From: Octopus bimaculoides
Lineage: Eukaryota
Assembly: GCF_001194135.2 (NCBI RefSeq)
Contig: NC_068996.1
Coordinates: 9,800,924 to 9,864,923, forward strand
Direction: 5' to 3'
Length of the DNA stretch: 64,000 bases
The notes under the pieces were generated by a model. It was given only the letters and a program-made list of their open reading frames with translations. It was not told where the DNA came from and did no database searches. A program made the position numbers and the translations under genes. Position 1 is the stretch's first letter; each line of letters opens with the position of its first letter. Positions 26,348 through 40,293 of this stretch are shown here, piece by piece.

Positions 26348-27255
26348 CAGGGTGTGATGAATAAACTGTAGTCTAAATTACGCAAAAATGAAAATAACAC
26401 TGACATCTCATTTTAACAGACATATTTATCAAAATTACATAAAAATATCTTGAAATACTAAAGAGTAAATTTATTCAATAAAATCGCCATTGGCTCCAAC
26501 CACAGCCTCCAAACGACTTCAGAATCTCCTACAACTCTGCTGGATGGTTTCCTTGTTTAAGTTGGTGAATACTACCATAATCCTTGCCTTCAATTCATCT
26601 TTGGTGTTATGGGGAGTTTTGTTGGTCTCTCACCCAACCATGCCTGACACATAATAATGAAGGGGGTTACAGTCTGGGGAGTTAGGTGGTCAGATGTTAG
26701 GGGTGATGTGGTCGCAGAAATTGTCTGACAGCCATGACTGGATTCTCCTGCTTGTGTGGCATGGTGCAGAGTCCTGTTGCCAGACNNNNNNNNNNGTCGC
26801 AGAAATTGTCTGACAGCCATGACTGGATTCTCCTGCTTGTGTGGCATGGTGCAGAGTCCTGTTGCCAGACATAGGGTCTTCCAGCAGCCACACTCTTGAC
26901 TCAGGGCAGCATTACATCATCCAGGCACTTGATGTAGGCTTCCGTGTTGAGTCTGAAGCTGTGTGGAAAGATGAATGGAGGCATAACGTCGCCATCACTA
27001 GTGACCACTCTAAACATCTTGATGTTGACTGGACATTTGATTTTTATCATTGTCGGTACATATTCATAGTGGAGCTTCTGGCATGACTGCCAAGCATGTC
27101 ATTTCCGAATTTCTGGTAGAGTAGATTGCTCTTTTTCTTACAAACGGTGCCCAACTAATCCTACTATATTGTGCAGTCAACAAAAGCAAAAACAAACAAT
27201 GTGCATGCATGAAATTAAAAATATAAAATGGTGACAATTTACCCATCGTACCCTG
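26348..27255 (-). mobile_element. internally deleted maT/Tc1-mariner-like DNA transposon
   Basis: imperfect TIRs CAGGGT..GATG; WQQDSAPCH and PPNSPDCNPL motifs. Confidence 0.8.
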
Positions 27256-27729
27256 TATATATATATATATATGTATGTATATATATATATATATAGTTCA
27301 TCATCATCATCATCATTTTAACATCCACATTTCCATGCTAAAACAGGTTAAATGGAATTTGTTGAGGTGGATTGTCTATGGCCAAATGCTCATCTTGTCA
27401 CCATTCCTTACCTGTTTCCAAGTAAGGTAATATTTTATCATGGCCAAACATGTTTTCACAAAATATTTATTAGAAATGAAGGGCACTGCTGACATGACAA
27501 CTATCACATGATGCCAAAGCAAGGAAACAGTAACTCATGTACACATAAATATGTAGACATGTGTACACAAACACACGATGGAGTTCAGTTTCTGTGTACC
27601 AAATCCAGCCTGGGGTTATAGTAGAAAATACTTGTCCAAGGTACTTTGCAGTGGGCTAGAACTCAGAACCATATCATTGGGAAGCAAACTTACCTCACAG
27701 CTATGCCTGTATCTATAGAGCCACACCAG

Positions 27730-27763
<34 letters not shown>

Positions 27764-28244
27764 GACGGCTTCTTTCAGTTTCCGTCTACCAAATCCACTC
27801 ACAAGGCTTTGGTTGGCCCGGGGCTATAGTAGAAGACACTTGCCCAAGGTGCCACGTAGTGGGACTGAACCCGGGACCATGTGGTTGGGAAGCAAGCTAC
27901 TCACCACACAGCTATTCCTAAAGTGACAGAGGATGCTAGTAAACACCAGCATGGCTAGAAATAACAGTCAAAACAACTTTTGGCCACGAGTTGTTTTAAC
28001 TCTTATTTTTAGCAATGCTGGTGTTCACTAGCACTCTCCGTCATGTCCTGTTTACCTCCATATGCAGACAGAAAACCATGACAGTGTTTTGAGAAAATAT
28101 GGTAGAGTTACCCACGTTAATGGAAGTGAATATTTGAATCAGGACCTGAATGAACTTTGATACCAAAACACGAGTAGCTCACAGGTTATGTTCATGTGTG
28201 TATGTGTGTGTGTGTGTGTGTATACATATACACACATAGTATAT

Positions 28245-28765
28245 CATCATCATCATCATCATCGTTTAACGTCCGCTTTCCATGCTAGCATGGGTTGGAC
28301 GATTTGACTGAGGACTGGTGAAACCGGATGGCAACACCAGGCTCCAGTCTGATTTGGCAGAGTTTCTACAGCTGGATGCCCTTCCTAACGCCAACCACTC
28401 AGAGAGTGTAGTGGGTGCTTTTACGTGTCACCCGCACGAAAACGGCCACGCTCGAAATGGTGTCTTTTATGTGCCACCCGCACAAGCCANNNNNNNNNNN
28501 NNNNNNNNNNNNNNNNNNNNNNNNNNNNNNNNNNNNNNNNNNNNNNNNNNNNNNNNNNNNNNNNNNNNNNNNNNNNNNNNNNNNNNNNNNNNNNNNNNNN
28601 NNNNNNNNNNNNNNNNNNNNNNNNNAAAATGGTGCATCTCATGTGCCACCCGCACAAGAACCAGTCCAGGGGCACTGGCAACGATCTTACTTGGCTTGCC
28701 GGGTCTTCTCACGCACAGCCCATTTCCAAAGGTCTCGGTCCGTAGTCATCGCCTCGGTGAGATAT
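28245..28765 (-). mobile_element. repeat family E (spans a gap)
   Basis: sequence identity to 4005 and 50528. Confidence 0.75.
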
Positions 28766-29255
28766 ATATATATATATATATATATATAAACAAAACATTC
28801 AAACACTGAGATTTGAAATCAGATGTCACTACTGTTCATATCATCTGTGGATAAATTTTAAAATTGATGATATCACCAGTAGTGACATAGGTGGATCGCA
28901 GGCACAACAGCATTAAATAGCTATGAATTATAAATTTGCACGGAGCATGATGATGGTTGACAAGCATCTACCTGCTAGAAATAAGAGCTAAAGTCTTAAA
29001 TTAATCCATCGTACCCCACCAAGATAACAGAGACATATACCATCATCATCATCATCATTGTTTAACGTCCACCTTCCATGCTGGCATGGTCTGACAGAAG
29101 CTGACCAGACAGGAGCCTGCACTAGACTTCTGTGTCTATTTTGGCATGGTTTTTTTACAGCTGGATGCCCTTCCTAATACAAACCACCCAGCAGAATAGA
29201 CAGAGTGCTTTTTACATGACACAAGCACAGATGAGGTGAGTATGTATGTATGTAT

Positions 29256-29289
<34 letters not shown>

Positions 29290-29667
29290 TATAAGTATAT
29301 ATATATATGTCTGTCTTTGTGTATGTGTGGGTCGGTGGGTGTATTTTCTATACAGTCACATGGTATTTATAATAATATCTCAAATTTCATGTTACAAAGA
29401 TCTTAGATCCGATTTGACAAAAAACCCGGAGCCTATTTATTTACTTTAATCACCAGTTGATCACACTGTGGTTTACAGCAAGACCTTTAACTAAGTAAAT
29501 GAAGGGCAGTGTTTTTTACACCAAAATAAACAAAAGATCTTTGCAGCATGAAACTTGGGTTTTCTGCTGTAAACATCCAAGGGCTGTTAATTGCTTTATA
29601 TCCAAGATAGAAAGCAATTAATACAACTCAATATATTGAGTACTTTTAATTGTTGAACCTATTAATA

Positions 29668-29707
<40 letters not shown>

Positions 29708-30984
29708 NNNNNNNNNNNNNNNNNNNNNNNNNNNNNNNNNNNNNNNNNNNNNNNNNNNNNNNNNNNNNNNNNNNNNNNNNNNNNNNNNNNNNNNNNNNNN
29801 NNNNNNNNNNNNNNNNNNNNNNNNNNNNNNNNNNNNNNNNNNNNNNNNNNNNNNNNNNNNNNNNNNNNNNNNNNNNNNNNNNNNNNNNNNNNNNNNNNNN
29901 NNNNNNNNNNNNNNNNNNNNNNNNNNNNNNNNNNNNNNNNNNNNNNNNNNNNNNNNNNNNNNNNNNNNNNNNNNNNNNNNNNNNNNNNNNNNNNNNNNNN
30001 NNNNNNNNNNNNNNNNNNNNNNNNNNNNNNNNNNNNNNNNNNNNNNNNNNNNNNNNNNNNNNNNNNNNNNNNNNNNNNNNTATATATATATATATATTCC
30101 CCAGACAATCTAATTGTTTGTTGTTTAATGAAGTGTCAGTGTCTGAGCATATATATGTTTAAGACACCTGTCTGCTGGAGTCATGGTAGGACAACTGTTG
30201 TGCTAATGATATATATTACAACAGAAACAAGCATTCCCATCTGTTCACTTCTCACCAGTCAATCTGACTGTTTGTCTCTCAATTATATATAAATTTCTGA
30301 GAAGTCATAATACTCAAAATTATTTCTCCCTCTTATAAAGAATTGGTCATAACTGCTACAGGCATATGTTTATTTTCCTCTTAAAACGAAGATAAATTCA
30401 ATAAATTGAAAATTTATCCTGAATGGCATTTAAATACCTTTATTCATTTATACCTTTAACCTTTTAGGAATTTATCTCGTCATATCTAGTCCAAATATTC
30501 TAACTGTTTTATGTTCAAAATAACATTCCAAAACTAAACAATGACATCAAAATTTCAAAGCCACAAATTCAAAACAATGTGAATAGATAAGCATAACATT
30601 TGACAGAGTAATATAAATGCTAAAGGGTTATTGCAATTACAGCCAACTTCAAATAAAAAGGAGAGATAAACTCACAAATTAAGAATTCACTGAATTAACA
30701 TGACATGATGAACAGCTAGGCACAATACAATATCAGAAACAGATTGTCAGGAGACAGACACAGACTGCCTGGAGACAACTGAACAACCAGGGACACTTGT
30801 GTTTTTTTTCCTTAATATATGTTGTTAGCACAACATTTATCCTACCATGACTCCTGCAAATGAGAATCTTAAATATATATCTGTTCGGGTATAGGCACTC
30901 ATACTTAGGTAACTTAGATTGGTTTTAGCTGTTATCGACCCAGGCCATGCGTAACTCAATAGCACCACCTGGAAAAGTCTTTTA

Positions 30985-31265
30985 ATCAATTATTTCAGGA
31001 CACCATGGACCACTCAAGCAGAGAGTTGTTGTTAGCTGAGACGTATCCAGGTGTAGATGGCTTATCTGGTATTTCCCGGAGGAATTTGTCCAGGTACCGT
31101 TTGAAAGTTGTGGGGTCATTTTTTACTTTAATTTCTTTCGGGATAACATTTAAAGGAGCAGGACCATTTGCAGTGAAGAAATTGGGTTGCAATGTTCTTA
31201 TGTGATGTGATCTCAACTTTTGTAGGGGATGCATTGCACAGAGGCCTAGTCTTGGGTAAATTGTA
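30985..31265 (-). mobile_element. CR1/Jockey-group LINE 3' end
   Basis: GPAPLNVIPKEIK..FKRYLDKFLREIPDKPSTPGY. Confidence 0.75.
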
Positions 31266-31599
31266 AACATATGAATATATATATTGTGCTAGAGGGTGTG
31301 GAAGCACCTATATTACAAGAAATAAGACTTAAAAACTCTTAATATTGTATGAAGTGCACAACACAGCATTAAGAGTTTTTAACTCTTATTTCTTGCAATA
31401 CAGGTGTTTCTGTACCCTCAATCATGATTAGTGACAATAAAATTTTTTCCTCTATGATATTATATTGCACCTAGTTTATATTAATTTTTAATACACACAT
31501 TGGCATTTCATTAAATCAGCCATAAATTTTTATGGTAAAAATATATATACTGAGCGAAGACCTGTTGGGGCAAGTGAAATCGAAATCGTAATTCAACCA

Positions 31600-32000
31600 T
31601 ACTCGATGACTGGCACCTGCACCAGTGGAGCACTAACAGCACTGTCTGGCTTCTGTGCTAGTGGCCCATAAATAGCACCATTTGAGCAGAATCATTACCA
31701 GCGTCGCCTTCTAGCACTTGTGCTGGTGGCAAGTTAGAATATCATTCGAGCGAGGTTGTTGTCAGTGCCACTGAACTGGCTCCCGTGCAGGTGGCACGTA
31801 AAATACACCTTTTTGAGCGTGGCTGTTGCCAGTACTGTGTGACTGGCCCTCATGCCAGTGGCACGTAAAAGCATCTACTACACTCTCTGAGTGGTTGGCG
31901 TTAGGAAAGGCATCCAGCTGTAGAAACTCTGCCAGATCAGATTGGAGCCTGGTGCAGCCTGCTGGCTTGCCAGTCCTCAGTCAAATTGTCCAACCCATGC
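31600..32000 (+). mobile_element. repeat family E
   Basis: sequence identity to 6730. Confidence 0.7.
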
Positions 32001-32529
32001 AGGATTTAGCCAAACCATTGAGTGTTTGAGTAGTCACAAATGATGAGCTTACGATTAAGAGGTGAAACTAGTTTAGTCTAGTGAATTTAGAGATGCTCAT
32101 GGGGTGGTTATCTCCCCAGTCAGTGTATTTATATATATATGGCATGCTTCTTACTACATTAAGAGTTTTTAACTCTTATTTCTTGCAATATAGATGCTTC
32201 AGTAGCCTCAGTCATGATCAGTGACGATAGAATTTTTCCTTTCTGATATTATATTGTACCTAGCTGTTCATATATATGTATGTGTGTGTATATATATATA
32301 CACACACATATGTGTGTTTTATATATTATTTTCTTCATTTTGTACTTTTTTGTACTTCTTTGCAAAAAAACATTTTCATTCTCCTTCTTCTTGATAATTT
32401 GCTTCAACGCAATGAAAACCGGTTAGAAAAAATCTTTATTAAATTATGCTCCCAGTTCAGCATTCTGGCTTTTTTTCATTTTCCTATTATTTCTCCACGT
32501 GCGGTTAACACAACCCCACTATTTACTGA

Positions 32530-32571
<42 letters not shown>

Positions 32572-33379
32572 CATCATCTTTATATCTTTCTTCCACATAC
32601 CATCGTATTCATCTAAATATAATGTAGGTTAGTACTGCAAATCCTATTCAACCTTTCTCACTGTCCTTACCACTTTCTCACTCTCTCTCTCTCTCTCTCT
32701 CTCTTACCAATCCCCCAATACAACTTTCCCCTTTTCTTCCCGGTACCCCCACCCCCTTGCACCTTATCTTTTCTTCATGCACCACTTTACCTACAAACAT
32801 ATAATATAAGATAGACTGCAACACCTCCTATTCAAGTTTTCCCACTGTCCTGTCACTCTCTATCTTGCTCTCACAAATTCCCTGGTGCTATTTTCTACTT
32901 TCGCTTTCCTAACACTATCCATGTTAGTCTATTCTCTACTACACACTCTCAATAATAAACTTCTGTAACTCCAATAAGAACACTCCACTTGTCATTTCAA
33001 GCAAGAATGCCACCATCACTGGGTCCACCTATTCAAACCACCCATTAATTACTATCACAACTTCGTCATCCATCTTCTTCACATTAACCTCTAACATTAC
33101 TTTTCCACTTATTTTCTCTCGTTTTTGTCTCCTCCACATACTATTTCAAGAATGTATATTTATTTAATTCAAGCCTGGCTAACCTTCACACAAATCAATG
33201 AATGTTTTGTTTCTGAATTCCTATAGAGGTACAAATATTTTTGTGGCTAGTTCAGAATGTTCAAACATGTTCATCACAGAAGGAGACCAAATTAGGTCAA
33301 AGCACCATGTTTGACAACTCACCAACAGCATTCTTAGTATGCTCTGTGTCAAAATATTACAACTTGTACCATTCCCATT

Positions 33380-33570
33380 TGAATGATGTTATTTCCATTT
33401 GCTCAAAGAGCATCAGATGATGAGAATTCTTCAAGTCATACCATTCTGAGCCAAACCGCACTCTTCTTTCCCGGTGACACCCATCTTGGTCAAGTATTCT
33501 CACATAGTTCTTAGCCATGTCTTCATCATCCTGCTTCCCTTTCTCCTTCCTCCTTCAACACTCTAAACCT
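33380..33570 (-). mobile_element. highly decayed RTE-like fragment
   Basis: VEGGRRKGK-like motif. Confidence 0.35.
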
Positions 33571-34084
33571 GGCTTAGTTAGTCTCTCCAACAGAGAGCAC
33601 AATATATAGCCAAGAAGCTTCCTTCATCTAGTTGTGTTAGTATATTTCATTTGTATATACATTATAAATATCAAACACATTATCTTAATTTAACACTATT
33701 ACAAGTGCATACATTAAAACAATATGAAATACAATGCAATGCAATACAATGTAATCTGATATGCAATAATATAACATAATACAATATAGTATTTACTGTA
33801 AATATTGTTCATTTGTTTTACATCCACATTTGCATGCTAGATTAGGTCAGACAAATACATATTAGAAAGATTTTTGTTTCACAGAGGGATGCCCTTCCTG
33901 TCACTAACCATTATCTGTGCTTCAAGCAAGGGATATTTCACACTGCTCATTTTTGAAACAGTAGGTTTAGTGAGCAGTTTGTTGACAGGGACTTGTCAGC
34001 AAGCAACACTATTGGCAGTTAGGCTGTGTAAACTTCCACACACATACAAATACATGCATATGCACACAAACACACATAGATATG

Positions 34085-34124
<40 letters not shown>

Positions 34125-34617
34125 TATACATATATNNNNNNNNNNNNNNNNNNNNNNNNNNNNNNNNNNNNNNNNNNNNNNNNNNNNNNNNNNNNNNNNN
34201 NNNNNNNNNNNNNNNNNNNNNNNNNNNNNNNNNNNNNNNNNNNNNNNNNNNNNNNNNNNNNNNNNNNNNNNNNNNNNNNNNNNNNNNNNNNNNNNNNNNN
34301 NNNNNNNNNNNNNNNNNNNNNNNNNNNNNNNNNNNNNNATATATATATATGTATATGTATATAATTTCAAGTTATAATTTTGGCAAGTTAACTTGGGATT
34401 TCCTAACGACTGTAAACTTCATATAATTAAGGTATCTTCGGCCTGATTAGTAGCTAGCTGAGTATCTCTCGTTGAGTAATTATTACATTAAATTATCTAC
34501 TAGCTAGGAAACATATGTAGCCTGCATTTCACCTGCTCCACACCCTTAATTTGTATGCATGCATACATACATACATAAATATATTTATATATTATGATGG
34601 GCTTCTGTACAGTTTCC

Positions 34618-34847
34618 TATTCCTTTATTACCCACAAGGGGCTAAACATAGAGGGGACAAACAAGGGCAGACAAAGGGATTAAGTCGATTACATCAAGCC
34701 CAGTGCGTAACTGGTACTTAATTTATCGACCCCGAAAGAATGAAAGGCAAAGTTGACCTCAGCGGAATTTGAACTCAGAACATAAAGACAGACGAAATAC
34801 CACTAGGCATTTAGCCCGGTGCGCTAACGTTTCTGCCAGCTCACCGC
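34618..34847 (-). mobile_element. tRNA-derived SINE family B
   Basis: near-identical to 9303-9536. Confidence 0.8.
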
Positions 34848-35445
34848 TTCTGTACAGTTTCTGCCAACCAAATTCACTCAGAAGGCATTAGTCAGAAACA
34901 TTTGCCCAAAAGCCAGGTAGTTGAGGGATGAACTTCCAAACAACACAGATGTATAATGATATGTCTTTGAAGTGTTTGACAGTAGTGTATTTTATTGATC
35001 CCCTCCACTCCCCAGTATGATAAAAGGCAAAGTTAACAGTGTCAGAATTTGAACCCAGAACATGCCAAACAGAAGAGCTAAAACAATTACAGTGAGTTAT
35101 CTTGTTCAATGCCCTAATAATTCAGCCAATTCACTAGCCTTTATACAATATCCTTTCTGTTATAAGCACAAAGCCTGAAATTTTATGGGATGGGGCTTGT
35201 CAATTATATTGACCCAAGTACTTAACTGGTACATAATTTATTGACCCTGAAAGGATGAAAAGCAAACTCGACCATGACAATATTTGAGCCCAGAACGTAA
35301 AGACAGATGAAATACCGCTAAGCATACTAACGATTCTGCCAGCTTGCCATCTTCAGCCTTGATTTAATATAATTAAAATTAGAATTACATTAATACATGT
35401 AATCAAAGACAAATGTACAGGGGTAAAAAAAAAAACACAACTTAC

Positions 35446-35562
35446 AGTCACAGTTTCTTCTGCCAATTCTGAGAGATGAGTTGCAGTATTCTCCAAATAG
35501 CATGGCAGTACCATGTAGTTAGTGTTAAACATTCTTATTCTAATATCCAGGTCACTCAAGAT
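35446..35562 (-). CDS. VPS9-domain protein exon 9: ILSDLDIRIRMFNTNYMVLPCYLENTATHLSELAEETVT
   Basis: ttcatag acceptor, gtaagt donor, phase 0 to 0; lies inside ORF 35353-35559. Confidence 0.85.
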
Positions 35563-37100
35563 CTATGAACATCAGAACAAAAAGATGATTTAAAAAAAAA
35601 AAAACATTTCATCAGGCATCCACTCCATAAAAAGCAACATAAATCATCATCATCATCAGCAGCAGCAGCATTACAACCACAATCATCATCATTGTTGCTT
35701 TAACATCAACTTTTCTATGCTTGTATGCATCAGACAGAATTCATTGAGACCGATTTTCTGAAGCAAGATATCCTTCTTGTTACCACTATTCTTATATAAA
35801 TAGTCAACTGCAGGGCACTTTGTGATGATGATGATGATGATGATAATGGTAAGAACTATATCTCAATAGCTGGCCAAATCTAATGATCAAAAATAAATAG
35901 AATAAACAATAAATACTGCTTTCTCTCCTCTCAGTTGAGAAGTTTTATCTTGCAAATTATTTGGCGATCCTGTTAGTGCTGGTACCACATTAAAACCAAC
36001 CAGTACACTCTGTAAAGTGGTTGGCATTAGGAAGAGCATCTTGCCAGAGGAACCATGCCAAAGTAGATACGGGAGCTTGATATATTTCTTTGACTCACCA
36101 GCTCCTATCAAGTCATCCAAACTATTTATGCGCCTTAAGCTTTGTCCCATACTCAATTAGATAAAAACTTTGATAAGATGACCACCACTATACAACTCTG
36201 ATATACAGCAACAGAAGTTGCTTACTATGCAATTATAAATCAGTGTGTGTAGGAAAAAGAGTAAGTAAATATGTACTACATATGTTTCAAAGGAAAACCA
36301 AACTGGAGTTATGTAACTTCAGACTCACATAACTCCAATTATGTATGTGTGTGTGTGTGGATGCACATGCAACACTATTATTTTCTGAACATCAGCCTTA
36401 CTCTTTCATCCTGGAATAAAATAGCATCATACCTGTGTTGGGTGAGTGTTATGTTTACAACCCCATAGTAGAAAAATACTGATTTCACCAGATTTCTTCT
36501 CTTAGTGTGGGTTGTTTGTGGGTGCTCTGCTAGTTTCAGCCTACATAGCATCTCTTGTTAATAATCACATTCCTTAAACTTAGTCGGAATATAAGTTTTA
36601 GTGTTGAACATTTGTGCCACTCAGACTGGACTCATTCAATCAAAAGCATTCAAGTGGTAAGTAAAAGAAAATATATCCTAAAACAGTATTTTTGATGAAC
36701 TCATGACTGTCTTATCAATAATCTCCATAAATTCACAGCTATTGAGTTTTGTAAATTGAAAATACATAAAAGAAACCACTTTCACTGTCACCCAGATGTC
36801 CTTCCTGTTGCTAACCCTCTTCTTTTTCTAAGCAAGATAATGTTCGCCCTATGACCAAACATATTTTTGTATGTTAAGGCAAGGAGAGGCAGTAACATAC
36901 AGACATATCACACACATTAGCCTGGAGTTATAATAGAAGACACCTGCTTGAGGTAACTGAACTTGAGTGGAACTGAACTCAAAGCCACACATTTGGGAAG
37001 TAAGTTTCTTTACCACCCACACAACCAAGTCTGTTGAATTTCCTATAGATAGATAATTGAATAAACTGTTTCTGTATATCAATTTAAAAGGAAGCCTTAC

Positions 37101-37140
37101 CAGTTCAAATTCTGGAAATGATAACAACCACTGGCGACAC
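37101..37140 (-). CDS. VPS9-domain protein exon 8 (40 nt): (E)CRQWLLSFPEFEL
   Basis: poly-T + ttctag acceptor, gtaagg donor, phase 2 to 0. Confidence 0.8.
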
Positions 37141-37584
37141 CTAGAAGATACAAAAAAAAAATAAACACAATATTGTAGATGATTGTTTTCTAATTTCATT
37201 CTGAGATACCCCCACCACCTCTTTCATAAAACATGTCCTCTTTTAAAAGGCTCAAATCCAACCTGAAACTTTCCAACATAATTTCATGTAAAAATCTTTT
37301 ATGTTATGCTCCAAACACCAGCTTAATAATAAAGAAATTAGGTATTTCAGTAAAATCTCTCCAAGTTTTTTATGATTTACAAAATAAATTGGAACACATA
37401 GACAATGGAATTCATTAGGAATATGTTCAATTACTGACCATAAAACTTGTTCTGTGTCAAATTAATAATATCTAAGGAACTATCGTTCCTTAGATATTAT
37501 ACCATTTCAATCTTTCATGATAATAGGAACATATGGAGATGCCTGAGGACTATACCCACAAGGCTTTCCCAGGAATGGTGCACA

Positions 37585-37629
37585 AGAAGAAGAAGAAGAA
37601 GAAGAAGAAGAAGAAGAAGAAGAAGAAGA
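37585..37629. repeat. (GAA)n microsatellite
   Basis: directly visible. Confidence 0.95.
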
Positions 37630-37714
37630 CAAGTAGGGAGAGAGGGGAGAGGAAGAAAGCCAATGTTACCACCACCAACAACAACAAGAAAAAAGAAAGG
37701 TGACAGAGACTTAC

Positions 37715-37779
37715 TCTTCTGCAGTTGGTTTTGGCATAAATAGATTGCTGTTCCGAGATTTGTTCCCATTCTTTGCTGG
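37715..37779 (-). CDS. VPS9-domain protein exon 7: PAKNGNKSRNSNLFMPKPTAE
   Basis: tgtctgcag acceptor, gtaagt donor, phase 0 to 2 (a different frame from the ORF-track call here). Confidence 0.75.
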
Positions 37780-38439
37780 CTGCAGACAAAGACAGTAAAA
37801 ATTTATTTCCAGTATTAGAATGATGTAAGCAAACTATTGTTATTGTTGTACATTCCTAGAGAAATCAGACTTGCGAAGACGTGTGTCACAGAAAGTAACT
37901 AAAAATTGAATGCTTAGGAATAATCTACAGTCTTTACACACAAGCATATAAACCAGCTATATCTGGCCCAAATATTCTACCTGCTTTATCTTTAAACTGA
38001 CCAGGTCTGGCCTCTCACACCTATCCTACAATGTCATTCTAAAAATAAACAATCACATCATCGAAATCTTGAAGTCATAAGTCATTAATACATATAAGCC
38101 ATGATTATTCACCATGTGAATAAATAAGTTTTACATTTTTCAAAGAAAACTGAATGCTAAAGTTTAGTCTGTTTGTCTTTACTTAAAGACTCAGCCAGTA
38201 GATGTAAAACGGAAGTGAGACATTGCAGATGATGCTTTTCAAGGCATATCCATAAAAAAACAAAAGACAAAAAAAAACTGCTGAGATGCTTAACAATCGT
38301 GGTCAATTGAAATAGATACTACCAAAAACATAGCAGAAATATAGTTTTAGCTAAAAAAGCCATGTTTCATTATAATCTGCGATTCACTTCACTTCATGCT
38401 CTTGCTTGATGAAGCTGGGGAATATCCCAAGTTAGCAGT

Positions 38440-38720
38440 CTCAGGGACGTCGTCATGGTTAGAGCTGACTAGATACACCAGTGATCTCCATTACTGGTGG
38501 TTCTGTCCCAGCCCCTCTACATCCTCTAGGGTTATGCTGAGCCTCTGGAGATCTTCCCCAATCATGTCCAGCCATCTGGTGCAGGACCTGCCATGAGTCC
38601 TCTTCCAGACCACTGGTGTTGTGTTGAATGAGAGTAAAGCCCTGGTAGGATGATCTAGGGGGAAACAGAGGACATGTACACACCAGTGCATGCAACGTAT
38701 AGCTATGTGGTGGGGGCAGG
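38440..38720 (-). mobile_element. RTE-clade LINE 3' fragment
   Basis: HVLCFPLDHPTRALL..WKRTHGRSCTRWLDMIGEDL. Confidence 0.7.
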
Positions 38721-39479
38721 TTTAATAGACACATTCTTCTCATGACAAACAGCCTTTCCTTGTAACCTCAGGCACATGTAATTCCTCAGGTGAACCATTT
38801 TAACAAACAATACTCTAAAAGATGTCTAAATGTCTGAGATGTGACCTCGCTGGTAACATTATTATTTTTGAGTTGTTAACTTCATCTCTATAAATGAAAC
38901 ATCATCATCATTTTAATGTTCACTTTTCCATGCTTGCATGGGTCGGATGGAATTTGTTGAGGCAGATTTTCTTTAGCTGGATGCCTTTCCTGTCACCAAT
39001 CCTCACCCATTTCTAAGCCAGGTAATATTTTCCCATAGCTAGGCACAATTTTATGGAAACATAGAAACAAACAACCTTGCTTGCATGACGATACTGTTTG
39101 TCTACAATCATCATGTGACATCTAGACAAACATACACAAACACACACACATTTTATATATTTGCCTACAGTGCTTCACAATGGGACCGAACCCAAGATCA
39201 CATAGTTGGAAAGCCAGTTTCTTAACCACACAGCCATACCTGCACCTATTCTTTTTAATATTTAGATCTACACTGTGCTTTGCTCTTCAATCATCATTAT
39301 CACCAGGATTCTTACTCCTGGGTATTTAAATAGTATTAGGCACAATTTGAACTAGGAACATTTATTTCTACACTAATGATAATGACAATTTTATCTGTTA
39401 TGCATCGGTAGCACAGTGGATAAAAATGTTACTGCAGTTAATTAAGGAACAATATGGTTCTAGCATCGAATCCAGTTGG

Positions 39480-39717
39480 ATGCAGTGTGTGTGTGTGTGT
39501 GGAATGATGTGTGTACTTGATGTGTATGTATGTGTATGCAAGTGTTGTAGGTGTGGTATGTATGTGTATATGTGGTGTGTGTTTGTGCGTATGCATGAGG
39601 GTGGTGTGTACGTATGTGTTTGTATGTCTGTGTGTATATGTGGGGTGTAGATATGTGTTGAGAGTGTTTGTATGTATGTATGTATGTTGTGGGTGTGTGG
39701 TCTGTATGTGTGTGTGA

Positions 39718-39748
<31 letters not shown>

Positions 39749-39760
39749 CGTGTGTGTGCC
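39480..39760. repeat. degenerate TG/TA-rich low-complexity tract
   Basis: directly visible. Confidence 0.9.
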
Positions 39761-40236
39761 ATCTGTTTGGGCAGGTGTAAAATGTTTGTAATAAATTACA
39801 TTCAAGAACCAACAAGATATCCTTTAAGTGGTTGCTTGACATGGTAGAAATAGCAACCAAACTTCAAATCACTTGCTACCATCATAGAGGGAGGAAGAGC
39901 ATGCTGGATAATGTATAAACCAAATTAGTTATTAATATAAAATAAATAATTAATTACTCATATATTTATATAATAATACTAAAGTTCAACAAGGTCTTCT
40001 CATCCCTTAAAAATTTTTAAGATCTTGCACAGTATAAACTAATTTCTAATAAAGAAGATACAAGCAGTTCATTTATCCTAGACATGCACTTTCTGGAAAA
40101 CACAAGATGAGATGACCGTGAAGTAAACACCTTTGACCACAGCTCTGACCTTGGACTAAATAACAAGAATTGTGCCAATTGCAACAACAGGTAACAAACA
40201 CTAAACCAATAGAATGAAATAACACATCATACCCAC

Positions 40237-40293
40237 CTTTAAGGTTGGATCCAGTGGTTTGTCAAGGACAAGTATTTTGTAAGGCTTGTATAT
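40237..40293 (-). CDS. VPS9-domain protein exon 6: IYKPYKILVLDKPLDPTLK
   Basis: ctttccaccag acceptor, gtgggt donor, phase 0 to 0. Confidence 0.8.

Noticed and set aside
26714-26870. Tandem duplication inside the maT-like element
   Set aside because: The two copies flank a 10-N gap, typical of unmerged contig overlap.
37447-37789. Poly-Arg/Leu/Phe ORFs, and similar poly-Leu/Cys/Ala/Thr ORFs at 46.9-47.2 kb and His-Thr ORFs at 39.4-39.9 and 46.1-46.5 kb
   Set aside because: Translations of microsatellites; only 37715-37779 is a real exon, in a different frame.
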